64,000 bases of DNA from Camelus ferus. Its lineage: Eukaryota. Of the stretch, positions 15,201 to 27,800 are shown piece by piece. The stretch lies in assembly GCF_009834535.1 (NCBI RefSeq), contig NC_045696.1, positions 57,724,001-57,788,000 of the forward strand. Direction: 5' to 3'. The notes beneath the pieces were generated by a model that did not search any database, was not told the origin of the DNA, and worked only from the letters and a program-made list of their open reading frames with translations. Both the position numbers and the translations under genes were made by a program. Positions within the stretch are counted from its first letter, which is position 1, and each line of letters begins with the position of its first letter.

Positions 15201-16641
15201 ATACCTATGAGGGACTGAAGAAGGAGTGGATTAGAATGGTCCCATGGAGGAACATTGAGTCAGGAGTGTGAACTCTTGTTCCAGCTGGGGCTTTGTCAAG
15301 TCACTTAATCCCCATGAATCTCAAGTAATTCTGTCATTGCTGTTGTTTGTTTTCAGCATCATCATGCTAACACTAGTTATCTCCTCCCTGTTCAGTTCAC
15401 AAGGATGTTAATAATTCTCCATCTTTTCTTCCTTTGTGTATTCATATTTTTAGGACAAACTGGTTTCACTGTATGTATTATTCTTTAAGTTTGTTTTTTT
15501 TTAACTTAATTTTGATTTTTTAAATTATTTAACAGCATATCATGAGTCTTTAGGTGGTTTTATTGTGTGTTTTTTTAGGACTGCACAGTCTGTTATGAGA
15601 CTGACCCATCTTTGCAGGCCAATCCTCACTTGTTGGACGTGGAGTTCCATTATTTGCTGTTAGAAATAGTGTTGCCAGGTTGCAGAGAAAAGGAAGGAAT
15701 CTGGGCTCCTCAAATCGTGATCATGCCTCTTGTGCTCTACTTACATAGACCCGTCTGTCTCTGGCTGGAATCCAGTCCTTGAAAAGGAAGGACTGACAGA
15801 CTGGTCACTTAGAAGAGAGGAAGGGGCTGAGTAGGACAGAGCCAGAGCTGTGTCTGTATACTAAGACTGACATGCCAGACACCTTTACATGTGTTAGAAT
15901 GACAACCCTGTGAGTTAAGGATTATCCCCTAAGAACAGAACCACCATGGTGCCACCCCTCCCGTGCCTTCACCTAGTCTGCCTCCCCACCATCTATTGTC
16001 CCCTCCCCTTGCCTGTCCACACCTCCAGTCGCCCAATGCCCCACTCCTGTCAGATCCATCCCTCAGAGACGCGCTGATTTATCTTTTCTGTAATTCTCAA
16101 TCATTTATTTAGCATTTTATTATAAATGATCTAACCCTCAGGGGTACCACAGTTGATTTACACAGCCTTGCCTGCATGCAGTGAAGTCCCTGCAAGATAG
16201 ACAAACTCTTTGAGCTTAAAACTTAATAATCCACAACACTATAAAGATACTCTATGCTCAGTGTATATTTTATTGTGAACAGTCTTAAATTTTAAATAGA
16301 CATTGTTAAGTCTGCTAAACACTTTTTGCCAGCCTCTATACTTTTCCCTCCCACCCCATCCCACCCTCAAATCAGGATACACACTAGAAACAAAATTTTC
16401 TACTTTCCTGCTGGAGTGTATGTATGGAGTTTATTTGCATTTCTGTCAAGGTGAGTTCCTTTATATAATAACAGCTGTGGCAGTGGGCAAGGTCCACGGG
16501 AGTCTCCACTCTTCTCAGCCACTAAGCAGTCAGTAACTGAAATGAAGGAGTGACCGAGAAGATCTCTCATATCCTTTCCTGATTTAAAATTCTGTAGTAT
16601 TTGGATATAATATGTCAATATGCCAGTGGGTTGGATCTTTC

Positions 16642-17932
16642 TGTCGACAAAAATAAATAAATGAATGAATGAACCAACCAACCAATAGTCAATCTAAGAA
16701 AGAAATAGATAGTTTTTATTCACGCCAAACTGAGGATCATAACCCAGAGGACAGGCTTTCAGAGAGCTCTGAGAATTGTTCCGAAGCAGGGAAGGGGAAG
16801 GTCAGCGTGCATGTGATATTGGCAAAGGGGGTACATGCCATCAAGCACACATCTCGGTAGAAGGTTGCTGCTGGTCACGAGGAACAGACATCTTAGTTAA
16901 TGGTTTTAGTGCTTTTCTAAGTATGGGGAGAATCCAAGTTCATTAAAATCTCTATCTGAGGGCCAGTTCTGTCAGTTTTCCCAGAACAGAGTGCTTCATC
17001 CTGATCTTTCACCCTGAATTCTTTTCAAGGTGTACTGTAGGTCAAAGACTGCAGCGGCTGAGGACTTGATTCTTATAGAACTGGGTGGTGGGCAGCATTC
17101 TTGATTTCACGGTGCTTTCCCTTTTGAGTCTTAATTTCGACCAAGGTTTGGGAGTCATTTTCTAACTAATTTGTCTCACGATGTGAGGATGCTCGTTCCC
17201 AAGTCAGGCAAGGATTTCGTTGATAGGCCACTCAATGTGCTGTTACTGGACTGGGCCCTGTTAACAGAAGCCAAAGGCCTCTGGATATCCTATCTCACTG
17301 GTCTGTTACTGTCCAGGAAAAAATTCCCTCTTGTTTCTTCTTCCCATTATGTAGACTTACAGAATAATCATTGATCTTATAAGACCATATATCTGGTCAA
17401 TCGTTTCATGTTACCTAATCATCATTAATTTTATTGGAGGCTCAGTCACACATTTGGTAATGCAAGAAACAACAATCTTATAAAATAGGCAGAATACAAG
17501 TAACATGGCTAGTAACATAATGAGGTCATAAGTAAGTACTTAAGCTTTGAATTTCCATTAGTTGCGGCCCATTATCTCCCCAGGCTGTCTGACCAGTCTG
17601 TTCTGTACCAGTTGCTATCTTTAAGGGAAATTATAGTAGTGGCATTGTACATAAAGTTCACCAAAGATGTCTGCAGGTGCAAGGCAAGCTGTGGGTCAGC
17701 GTGACCCCTTACAGGGTTGAGAGAGGAATGTTATCTTCTAAGGAGTTATATGGCTGGCGCCAGAAGAAGAAAAATTGATCTTTATATCTGAGCAGGTATT
17801 TCTGCCATTGGAGAGGTCTGGTTTACACATAGTGCACATTAGAGGGGAGGAAAGAGTCCAAAATGGGCAGAGAAAAATTTTATGTTTAAATTTTTCTTGT
17901 CTTCCCTTAAAATATTAATTTTTATTTCATCA
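16642..17932 (-). mobile_element. ERV1-type solo LTR, ~1.3 kb
   Basis: TG...CA termini (tgtcgac...tttcatca); internal motifs typical of cetartiodactyl ERV1 LTRs; no gag/pol sequence seen. Confidence 0.6.
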
Positions 17933-18244
17933 TTTACATTGTGTTGTATTTTCTTTTGTAAAGCTTGCACACTAAAAGATTTGTTAGAACCTTCCGTTCG
18001 TTACCTAAGTAAGCTCTATGGAGTGACAGAATGATCACATCCTACTCCTAGCACTGCTAGTCTGGCCATGTCACCTTCGCAAGCTGCTTCCCCTCACCGA
18101 GCCTCAGTTTACCCTTTTATAAATGGGAGATTTAGGCTAAACGATTCTGAGATGTCTTCTGGCCTGGGCATTACTGGATTCTTAATTATGTGTTCATTCT
18201 GCTGAGTGTGTGTCGCTGTTCTGAAGTTATCAATCAGCCTAGGA

Positions 18245-18780
18245 CCCCGGACGGGATCCTCCAAGCCCAGCGTGGCCCGCGCGGGGGTGGCCCTTTGGAG
18301 GAGTCACCCGCGTGGGCCAGGAAGGTGCAAAGGCAGCGTCTCCTCGTGTAGGCGCCCAAGGCCAGAGGGCCTCTTCTTTAGCCCCAAGCATCACAAGTCA
18401 AAACAGCCTCTCTTCTCTGCTGACGCCACGGCCGGGCTGGGGCTGAAAATCGATCTGCGATCTTTCTGCTCCAGCACAGCCGGCCCCGCGGCGGATGCGG
18501 GCGCGGGGATGCGCGGGCAGAAAGGCAGAGGGCGGCGCAGGAGCGGCCTGCTGACAGCGGGGAAAGGAGTCCACGTCCCCTAGGGGCGTCCTCTCCCTGC
18601 GCCGCCTCTGGCCGCAGTGCGGTGGCTGAGCCCCCAGGGGGTGGGCAGTCGGTGGGAGGGACGAGGGAGACCCCCTCATCCAAACGAGGGGAGGAGACAG
18701 GGCAGTGGCCACTTCTAAGCCCAGCCTCTAGTGAGGCTCCGCCTGCATAGAAGGGACTTCGCAGGACCCACCAGACCCGT
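18245..18780. promoter_or_regulatory. CpG-rich, GC-rich island in putative intron 1
   Basis: Dense CpGs (e.g. cggccccgcggcggatgcgggcgcggggatgcgcggg) against a CpG-poor background. Confidence 0.65.
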
Positions 18781-20999
18781 GCCTCCTAACTCAGCCACCT
18801 TACAGATGAAGAAACCAACTCCCAGAGAAGGGAGACGCTGGGCCAAAGGGGCAGTGGCACAGCCGAGACTAGAACCACGGTTTCCCCACCCCTTCTATCT
18901 AGTCCACTGTCTCCTCCACCAGGTTTCTTCAGCCGGAAGGCTTTCTCTTGGTTTCTTCACTAGCAGGCTTCCAAGTTATCGCAATGACCAATCAGACCGA
19001 TACACGAAGGATCAGAGGTTTGCCTCTTTGGAACCTGAAACCCATCTTCCCCATGGAATCAACAGCAGAATTTCCTTGCTTGTTCTGCTTGCCATCAGTT
19101 CAGACTTTTTCCAGGCTTTCTGAGTGTCGCCATCTGGACTGCAGTCACCTTAAAGATGTCAGCAAATGTCATGATGATGATTGTAAGAGTGTGTCACACA
19201 GCTAATCTCACCCACCCTGTGGACAGGAGGCTAACTGCGTTGCTAATCGAGCTGTTGGGTGGCTTGGCTGGCTTTCTGTTGCAGTCCTGTCTCATCATCA
19301 TACACTTGCTGTTTGAAGGTAGCCATGCTCTGGCTGTGGGTGAACGAAACTAGTTGTTTTCTAGGACCAGAGGGAGATGGCAAGGTGACAGTTCTGCTCA
19401 GTCCAAGTTGGAGGGGAAGGGGCATCACTGTTCTCATCATATTAAGAACTAAGGTTTCTTGAGCATTTACTATGTGCTAAGCTTTATGCCAAGTTCTTAC
19501 AAGTATTATTTTAATATAATCCCTACAGCAACACTGCTATTGTTATTCCTGTATTGTTATGCAGAGGAGGAAACAAAGACACTGAAATTAAACAACTTGT
19601 CCCAAGTCACCAACTCGGAGTTGTTGAAGCAGAGATTTGAACCTTGGGGTCATCCAGAGCCTGTGCCTTCAAAGGTTATGCCCTGTTGCCTCTCATGATG
19701 GAATAAACATTTTGGTGGAAGGAAAAGGATGCCACATGAGGAATGAGGAAGCTTGGCTTTCATTCTTGCTCTATTTCTGGGGGCAAGTCACAACCTTGTT
19801 TCTCAGGTACATGAAACCCTTGAGACAAATAGAATTTATGTGCAGATGTACATTTTTTGGGAAGAGCAGCCATAGTTTTCATCAGCTGAATCTCAGCTAG
19901 GCCCATACACCCTCTCTGCCCTCCTCCCAAGATGATAAATATGTATAAGAACTCACTGAACTATCTCAGCTTTGTAGCCTCTTGCATGCCAGTCTCCTCA
20001 GTACTCTCTTCTAACATTTTAAATAATGATGCAATAGGCACTTCAGGCTCCAGGACTTTTCTCTGGGTGAGGGGTGTGAAGAGCTCCTGGCTGTACCCTG
20101 GCCTTTCAAGCACACCCGCATGTCCAGATAGCAATCACAGGAAAGACGACGTTGGAATGGGATCATCACATCCATCCTCCACCTACTTGTAACACCTCAG
20201 CATTTTTACTTTAGCCTGTCGTATTGTTTACTTGCAGCCAGACTCTACGTTTATATAGAGGCCTCAAGAGAAGATTTCAGAATGGTTTTTTTTAACTATA
20301 CTATAAAAAGAATTCTTGTGATAGAGCCTCCAGCAGGCTCGGGGTAAAGCATCCATTCATTAGTGAGCATCTGCTGTGTCCTGAGTGTACAGCAGTGAAC
20401 TGATAGACCAGACCCTGACTGCATGGAGACTCAGGGACTCTGGCACGGAAGTACTAGAAAGATGCACAAAGCAAGGAGAATGAGGCTTGTGGATTTAGGA
20501 GGAGCTGCCTTGAGAAGTGGTGTTTGAACCAGTTCCTAAGGGTGAGGAGAAATGGATTAAGAAGGAGGTGCAGATCAGAAGGGTGGAAGAGCATTCTAAG
20601 CAGAGAAAGCAGCTTGTAGGATGGGCCTAAGACAATAAAGAATCTGGCCTGTCAGAGAAACTGAAGGGATGGGCAGGCTGGAGCACAGAAAGAGGGAGGG
20701 CAGTGTAGGCTCTCCCTGCACCTGCGGATGAGGCTGCCGAAGGAGGTAGGGCCAGTGTGTGCAGGGCTTCCAGGTCAAGAAACATGGTCCCAGTGCCGGC
20801 TGTGACACCAACTGGCTGTGTGATGTTGGCAAGGCAGGTAACATCTCTGAGCTTTCACTTCCTGAACTTAAACTTTGAACTGGGTGGTTTCTAACGTCCT
20901 CTCTGGATCCACTATCATGTGAATTTGTGACTTTGAAAAAAAGTGAAGTGGTCAATGAAAAAGAGAAAAATGGCCCCTGATAACTGGGAGCTGGGCGGT

Positions 21000-21455
21000 A
21001 CTATTAGCGAGGCCCTGGTCTTCTGCTGAACATAAGCAATTTCATAGAACATCACCACCAACAAGGCCACTCTGTGACTGTGATGGCTAAAGACAAAAAT
21101 AAGACCACTCCACAATCACATCTGAACACAGGGGAAAAAAAGAACATTAACATTGTCCAAACCACAAAAATGACCAAACATTCCCCATCCTAGCTCAGGT
21201 GACTGCTGCCTTTTTTCAGTCAATTACAGCTTCGGCCTCACTCTAGTTTTTCTTTCTTCTCAAGATTTACTAAGATACCCAGTCATAGAAGGATCCCCGC
21301 TTCCTGACAGAATGCAAAGTGCTGCTTCCTTAAACCCTCCCCAAAATTACCTGGTACAAGCCCCAACCCTGCAAGTCCTTTCTACCAGTCTACTTCTCTG
21401 CAGTGAGTAACAAGTCCAGCTTATCCAACCACGGGGGTGGTCCTCCAGCAGGGCG
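21000..21455 (+). mobile_element. MER31-like ERV1 LTR
   Basis: aacataagcaatttcatagaacatcaccaccaacaaggccactctgtgac...ccttaaaccctccccaaaattacct matches the recalled MER31 consensus. Confidence 0.55.
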
Positions 21456-22331
21456 GGACTAGGGCTGCCGTAGCAAGCAGCGCCTCTTACATTTTGCACC
21501 CTCACTGCCTCCCCTTCCTCACCCTCGTTCCAACCCCGTCCTGCTGGTCCTTAGCCAAAGGGCACTGACATCAGCCTCCTCCTCTTCTGATGCTCTCCTC
21601 TAATCTCACCATGGGCACCCTGCTCTGGGCCTCAGGATATTGGGTAGTAGAGCCTTGAAGTGGAGGAGGAGAAGAGAGTGAGGCAGGGAAATGCAAGAAG
21701 ATGACTTCACAAGGGAATGTGCTCCCATCCAATGATGGAGCAGAGAGTTAAGACTATCTCCAGAGTGAACATTTCTCCCCTCCCTTGAGCCCTGGGCTTC
21801 CTCCTTCAGGCCTGCCTCCCACCCAGATCATGCATGGGCTACTTGGGTGGTAGTGATATTTGTTTCCCAACCAGACCACACCACTGACACCCTCCCTTAA
21901 AGTCATCTTCACAGGAAAGTAACTGGCTCCCAGGGAACTGACTCATTTGAGGATATCAAAGGGGCAGAAACTGCTGCTGCTGGTGATTCAGCTGCTCAGC
22001 TTGGACTTCCCATCCTTAGCTAAAGATTTTTCACTGTGGGGAGAGTCCCACCACACAACCCACTCTGTTCTGTTCATGTGAACAAATGGTAAACAAACAC
22101 CACCCCTGATGCCTCCTGAGTCAGTTGGCAACCAAGGGGAAGAAGTGACCCGTTCCCCTAGCTGTGAGACAGGCTGTTGGACTCATTCCTCTGAGGAAGC
22201 TCATAGAGTCAGCTACTTTCAACCTGCCGAAATCATTGCTTACACCAGGCACATAACTATTTCCAAAGCTGTCAGTGCACAGTCATGGCAAAAGTAGAGT
22301 TTTCACTACTCATTCATGTGCTCATTTTAAC

Positions 22332-22552
22332 GCAGGTCTCAACAAACTTTCTCTGTAAAGGACCACATGGTAAACATTTTAGGCTTTGTGGGCCAAACAA
22401 TCTCCGTCGTCACTACTCACATCTGCCCTTCTAGCCCCAAAACAACCATAGATGATGTGCAAGTAAATAAGCATGCCTGTATTTCAATAAAACATCTACA
22501 AAAAACAGGTGGGCTAGATTCGACCCCTAGGCTGTGGTTTGTTGACCCACCC
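22332..22552. mobile_element. MER58A-like hAT-Charlie MITE
   Basis: caacaaactttctctgtaaaggaccacatggtaaacattttaggctttgtgggcca...gctgtggtttgttgaccc. Confidence 0.75.
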
Positions 22553-22622
22553 CAGCCCAGTGTGACCAGCACATGGGCACAGCTGAAAAAGAACAGGAAT
22601 GACACTCTTTCCCATAACTTTT

Positions 22623-22748
22623 TATTTATTTGTTTTTTTTTATTGAAGTACAGGCAGTTACAGTGTGTCGATTTCTGCTGTACAGCACAATGTCCCAGTC
22701 ATGCATATACATATATATATATTCTTTTTCAGACTCCTTTCCATTAAA
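22623..22748 (-). mobile_element. Short L1 3'-end insertion
   Basis: T-rich tail plus ttattgaagtacaggcagttacagtgtgtcgatttctgctgtacagc; TSD tctttccc(at/gc)aactttt at 22606-22622 and 22749-22765. Confidence 0.75.
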
Positions 22749-23720
22749 TCTTTCCCGCAACTTTTAAAAGAGCTTCATTTCTCATCAGAAAGATTGAAAG
22801 AAGACTTAAGAAGGAGTTGGAAACTGCCAGAAGACATAGGAAAGAAAAACAGGGAGAGAAGAGAGAAGAAAACAAAAATAAGAGGATAGGATTTTATTTC
22901 CAAACATGAATGGGAAACTGAGATGGGGAGAGCTCTTTGTGAGGCCTCTGGTGGCCTCCCTCACCTTGACCAGCTCTTCAGAAGCCCCTCACTGGCTGAA
23001 GGGCAGGCAGGGAGGCACTGAGTGTACACTGGAGGGCCAGGGCTTGCAGCATGTTCAGGACCATTCCAGTTCCAGAAGAGGCCTTCTCTGAGCCCCTGGA
23101 AGGAGTCCCAGAAGAAGCAGAAGAGACTCATGGTGCTGGGCAGAGGGAATTTATGAAGGTGACTTCTAATGGCCCCGTGTAAACAGGGTCCCAGTGCACA
23201 GATGCACTGGCTGTGAGGAATATGTGCCTCAAATTTGGCACGTTTGAAAAAGGGATTTAATAATGAAAGATTTAAGTTTAAAAGTAGAGCTCCCAAGATT
23301 CTGCCAGGGAAAGGTAGAGGAGAATGGAAACCAGATAGGTAAATCCCCTACATCCGGCCGAGAGGAAAGGCGAGAAGTGGCTGATCTATGGTAAATAGCC
23401 ACTTTCTCTAGTTCACAGACTGCAGCATACTGATTATAATTCAGAAAGTTACCCTAGCTATAGAGCAATGGTTTCTGAACTGTGTTTCCTGGAATACTAG
23501 TGTCATAAAATGTTAGCAATTACTGCATGAGAAAAATTTCAGGGAAACTGAAGAATGACTTGACATTGACAGGAAATTGTTGTGTTCCTATGCATTTTTG
23601 TTTTCCTAGGTTACGTTCAGGGGAAAAAGTTATGGTATTGGGGGAAAAAGTTCATTTTTAAAATCATTCGTAGGAAACAGATTTTTCAGGGTAAGGAACA
23701 GTCTACTAACTTGACCTATT

Positions 23721-23898
23721 GCAATAGTTCTCAAAATTGAGTGTACATTAAATTCGCCTAGAGGACTTGTTAAAACACAGGTTGCTGGGTCTCCCCCCAG
23801 AATTTCTAATTCAGTAGGTCAGGCGGGACCAAGAACTTAACATTTCTGGCAAGTTCCCAGATGCTGCTGCTCTTGCTGATCTAGGGACCTCACTTTGC
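23721..23898. mobile_element. MER5A-like hAT-Charlie element (related copies at ~2280-2445, ~4270-4426 and ~38975-39155)
   Basis: caatagttctcaaa...ccccagaatttctaattcagtaggtc...gacctcactttg. Confidence 0.7.
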
Positions 23899-24249
23899 CC
23901 TGCACCTAGCCTGACAGATAGAGACTCTTTATATGGTCACATTTCTGCCTCAGGGGTACCACATTACAGGAAACCAACTGGATGGGTTTCCGCCATGTGT
24001 GAGGGTGTGTTGGATAATCCAGCTTCAAAGTCGGGCTTACAGAAACATACATGGGGTTTATTTGGGGAAGATTTATTACCTGGAGATAGTCTTCCTCCAG
24101 AGCAGCTGCAGATATCATTAGCAATGTAGAGTCCTCTCATAGAGGCAACTGAATGTAGCGTGTTTCAGGATTTATATTTTAAATGATGGCTCATGATTCT
24201 CCTGTGCCAGGTTGGAGAGGCCAGTTAGTAAATTCGTAAATATTTGCGG

Positions 24250-24850
24250 ACATTTCCTGACAGGGAGACACGGTGCTAATGGGAAGATAAATTAGTTCCA
24301 ACCATTTGAAAAACTTTTTGGCAGTATCTACTGGATATACAATATACATAAACTCTATGACCCAGAAATTCCACTTGTAGGTATACACTCAACATTTTTC
24401 ACCAGAAGGCACATCACGAATGTTCATAGTAGCATTATTCATTAAAACCCCAAACTGTTCATTAACAGGAAGTGGGATAATGTGTGATATAATCATATAA
24501 AATTCTATGTAATAGTAAGAAAAAACAAACTTGTTACACAGAACAATATAGTTGAATCTTGCAAACATAGTGCTAGACAAAAGAAGGCAGACACAAAATA
24601 GTATATATTGCATAGTTCCATTTATACAAAGTTCAACATCATGGGAAACTGGTTTGTGATAGAGGTCAGGCTGCCTGTTACCTTGGGTGAAGGGTAATGA
24701 CCAGGACAGGTTATGACTGGGGCCTCAGCATTCTGTTTCTCTTCTTGATCTGGACGTTGCTTATGCAGATGTGTTTATTGTGCAAATTGTGCAAATTCAC
24801 GTATGATTTGTGTGTGTGTGATGTCTTGTATATCAGTGAAAAGTTTATTT
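24250..24850 (+). mobile_element. Old L1MC/ME 3' region
   Basis: ctatgacccagaaattccacttgtaggtatac...gaatgttcatagtagcattattc...atagttccatttatacaaagttc. Confidence 0.7.
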
Positions 24851-25432
24851 TAAGAGAGAGGGAGAAATAGAAGAGAGAGAAAAGGTGAGGTGAAATAAGA
24901 AAAGGGTGGAGGATATGAAGAAGTATCCACAAGCATGTTTTCAAAATATATTTCAAGGTATATATAGCATGACTAGAGTGTAAAATCTTCGTAAAATCTT
25001 TTTTTTTTGCAATGTTTTTCCTCCTTGTTTAATGTTTATGTCTATATTGCCATCCTTTTAAATAACATGATATTATTTTACAGTAATATCTTTTCTAATA
25101 TAAAAAGTAATACATTTTTTTCAAAAACATAAAACAAGGAAGAAGTACATGATTCCATTACTGATATATAATCACTCAGCATTTTCATGTGTATCCTCTC
25201 AGTCTTTATTAAGATTTTTAAAAAATTTTAAGAAGGTGTTTAGGGGGTAGGGAGGAAAGCAAAGAAATGATAAACATGTGGTTTGGGATGATGGTTTCTT
25301 TGGAGGGACAGAGGCAGAAGAACAGGATGCAGAAGGGGAACACAGGGTACCACTGGTGTTCTTTATTTTGGATGGTAGATTCACAGGTGCTTATTCATTA
25401 TTAAAAATAACTTAGAAATAAAGAAATAAAAG

Positions 25433-25726
25433 TGGGTGAAATTGGTCAAAAATTTCAATCTTCCAGTTATAAAATAAGTCATGGGGATATAATGTACAGA
25501 ATGGTGACTATAGTTAATAATACTGTATTGTACATTTGAAAGTTGCTAAGAAAGTAGATCTTAAAAGTTCTCATCACACACACACACAAAGCTTGTGACT
25601 ATGTATGGTGATGAATGTTAACTAAACTTAGTGTGCTGTCATTTCATGTATATACTAATGGTGAATCATGTTGTGTGCCTGAAACTAATATAATGCTATA
25701 TGTCAATTATAGCTCAATAAAAAAGA
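25433..25726 (+). mobile_element. L1MA-type 3' end
   Basis: atggtgactatagttaataatactgtattgtacatttgaaagttgctaag...tgtcaattatagctcaataaaaaa. Confidence 0.85.
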
Positions 25727-25729
25727 AAG

Positions 25730-26850
25730 ATTTCTAGAAAATACTAGAGAATCAATGAACAATAAAGCTAATTTAAATAATAAAAGAACTCAGTAAGTCA
25801 TCAGAATATATAATTAACATACAAAAGTCAATAGCTTTCATAGACACAAACAATAACTGGCTAGAGGACATAATAGTAAAGAAAGTCCCATTTATAATAG
25901 TGACAAAGGTGATTAAGTACTTAGGAATAAACTTGACAAAAATGTGCAAAACCTAAAAGAGAAAATACTCTTGAGAAACACAAAATTAGACTTGAACAAA
26001 AGGAAAAGCATTCCTGTTCTTGGATGGGACAATTCATCATCCTACAGACATAACACAATCCCAATAAAAATATCTACAAGTTTTTTTTTTAATAGAGCTA
26101 GATAAGCTGATGCTGAAGTTCATAAGGAAAAACAAACCTGCAGGAATAGCCGGGAACACACTAAGAAATGAAAGCTACGTAGGTGGGCTAGTCCTACCGG
26201 GTATTAAACCATACTGTAGATTTCCTTAGTAAAGACAGGGCACTACTGCCACAGAACAGACCTACAGACCAGTAGAACAGAATGGAAAGTTCTGAACTAG
26301 GTCTGAGTAAATATGGAAATACTAAACGTGGCATCTTAAATTATAGAAACAAAGATGGGCTTTTTAATAAATGCTGCTGGCACAAGGCAGCCACTTGGAA
26401 AAAAGATAAAATTAGATCCATATCTCACACACATTTATCAAGAAATTAAATGTAACCCCGTGTTGTTGATAAACGAAATAAATCACCTGACCCCCCCCCA
26501 GAAAAAGAAATTAAATATAAAAAAACAAAATTAGGTAGAAAATAATTTAATAAACCAGTTTAAAAATATGGTGAATTCCTTTACAAATTCAGTGTAAGGA
26601 AAAGCTTTCTAGCACTGACTGAAAATCCAATGGCAATAAAAATAATTCATAAATTTGACTACATAAAAATGTTTTTAAAATTTGTACAGTAAGAACGTCA
26701 AAGAAGAGCTACAAAATTAGAAGAAAACATTTGCAGCATTTATCACAGATTAAGGGCTAATCCATAATATATAAAGAATTCTTAAAATTCAAGAGGAAAA
26801 TGTCCAAAACTCTAATGAAAAAAGTGGGAAAGATATAGGAACAGAAAAAA
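25730..26850 (+). mobile_element. Degraded old L1M ORF2 fragment
   Basis: A-rich strand with remnants such as aacatacaaaagtcaatagctttc, aagtacttaggaataaacttgac and aaaattagatccatatctcacac. Confidence 0.75.
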
Positions 26851-27614
26851 ATAAAAATAAAGAAATAAAAGGGGACCAGGCGTGGACCAATAATGAGGAT
26901 GTGTCACAACCAAGGATTATGATTAATCCAATTTTGCGCACCTTAAGGTCCAATTAAAACTACGAGAATTCCCATAATAGATTTCGGGCTATAATTGAAA
27001 GTAAGTTTAATCTTCTGAAGACCTGAAATAATATTAAGGCACACTAGGGTGCACTGACAAGTCAAAAAAAAAAAGAAAAGAAAATGATTTCCCTTCGTTT
27101 CCATCACTGAACCTCACAGGTTTTTCAGTGAGCTCTGAATTCCAGCTCCTACACATGACAAAATTGGCCACCACGTTCTAAACATCGATGTGTCAGAAGG
27201 TTTCAGTGTGGACCAGGTAAGCTTCCCAGGTCCCTGCTATCTCCAAAATTCTGTATTTTAGACTAATGACATGGTGTCCCAGTCTTCTTAAATCTGCCCT
27301 CTAAGTTAATGAGGCAAAAACAACTTTCCCGTGCCCCTTCCTCCTAATTACACACAGTTTCACCTGGCGATACTTCTCATTGCTTGCAGCAAAACTCCAG
27401 ATTTAAGCATTTGTTTGTGTGTTAATATCCCTCTCACTGTTTATGAAAATAAAAGATTTAATATGGTGAGGAAATTGGGAGCTGGGCCACAAATTTGCCT
27501 TGCAGCTTCCTAACAGTTGGAGCAGAGAAGGAAACAGGAGGAAATAGAAGATTCATAAGGCCTATAAAGTAATTTGTGCAGTTTTTCCAAAGATCAGTAA
27601 TTCCATTAGCTTAG

Positions 27615-27800
27615 AGGTGCATCCCAGTGGTTCACAAGAGCCAATGGTTAAATACCAAGGATTTTTGCAAATTGGTTGTTAAACCATTGGTAGCTTGAAA
27701 TCAGCCGTGGTGGGAGTATTCAGTAAACACTACAAATCAGGGTGTTTTGGGGGTTTCTTTTTCGTTTTTGCCTTCAGAGAGCTGGTTTGTCAGCCAAGCA
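27615..27800. mobile_element. MER63-like hAT-Blackjack fragment
   Basis: ttggttgttaaaccattggtagcttgaaatcagccgtggtgggagtatt. Confidence 0.55.

Noticed and set aside
18245..18780. CASR exon 1B / promoter P2
   Set aside because: I could not match it to recalled exon 1B sequence and it is much closer to exon 2 than in human; left as an unassigned CpG island
18206..19123. 100-130-aa ORFs across the CpG island
   Set aside because: Stop-codon scarcity in GC-rich DNA; mostly non-ATG starts; low-complexity Arg/Pro/Gly products with no recognisable domain
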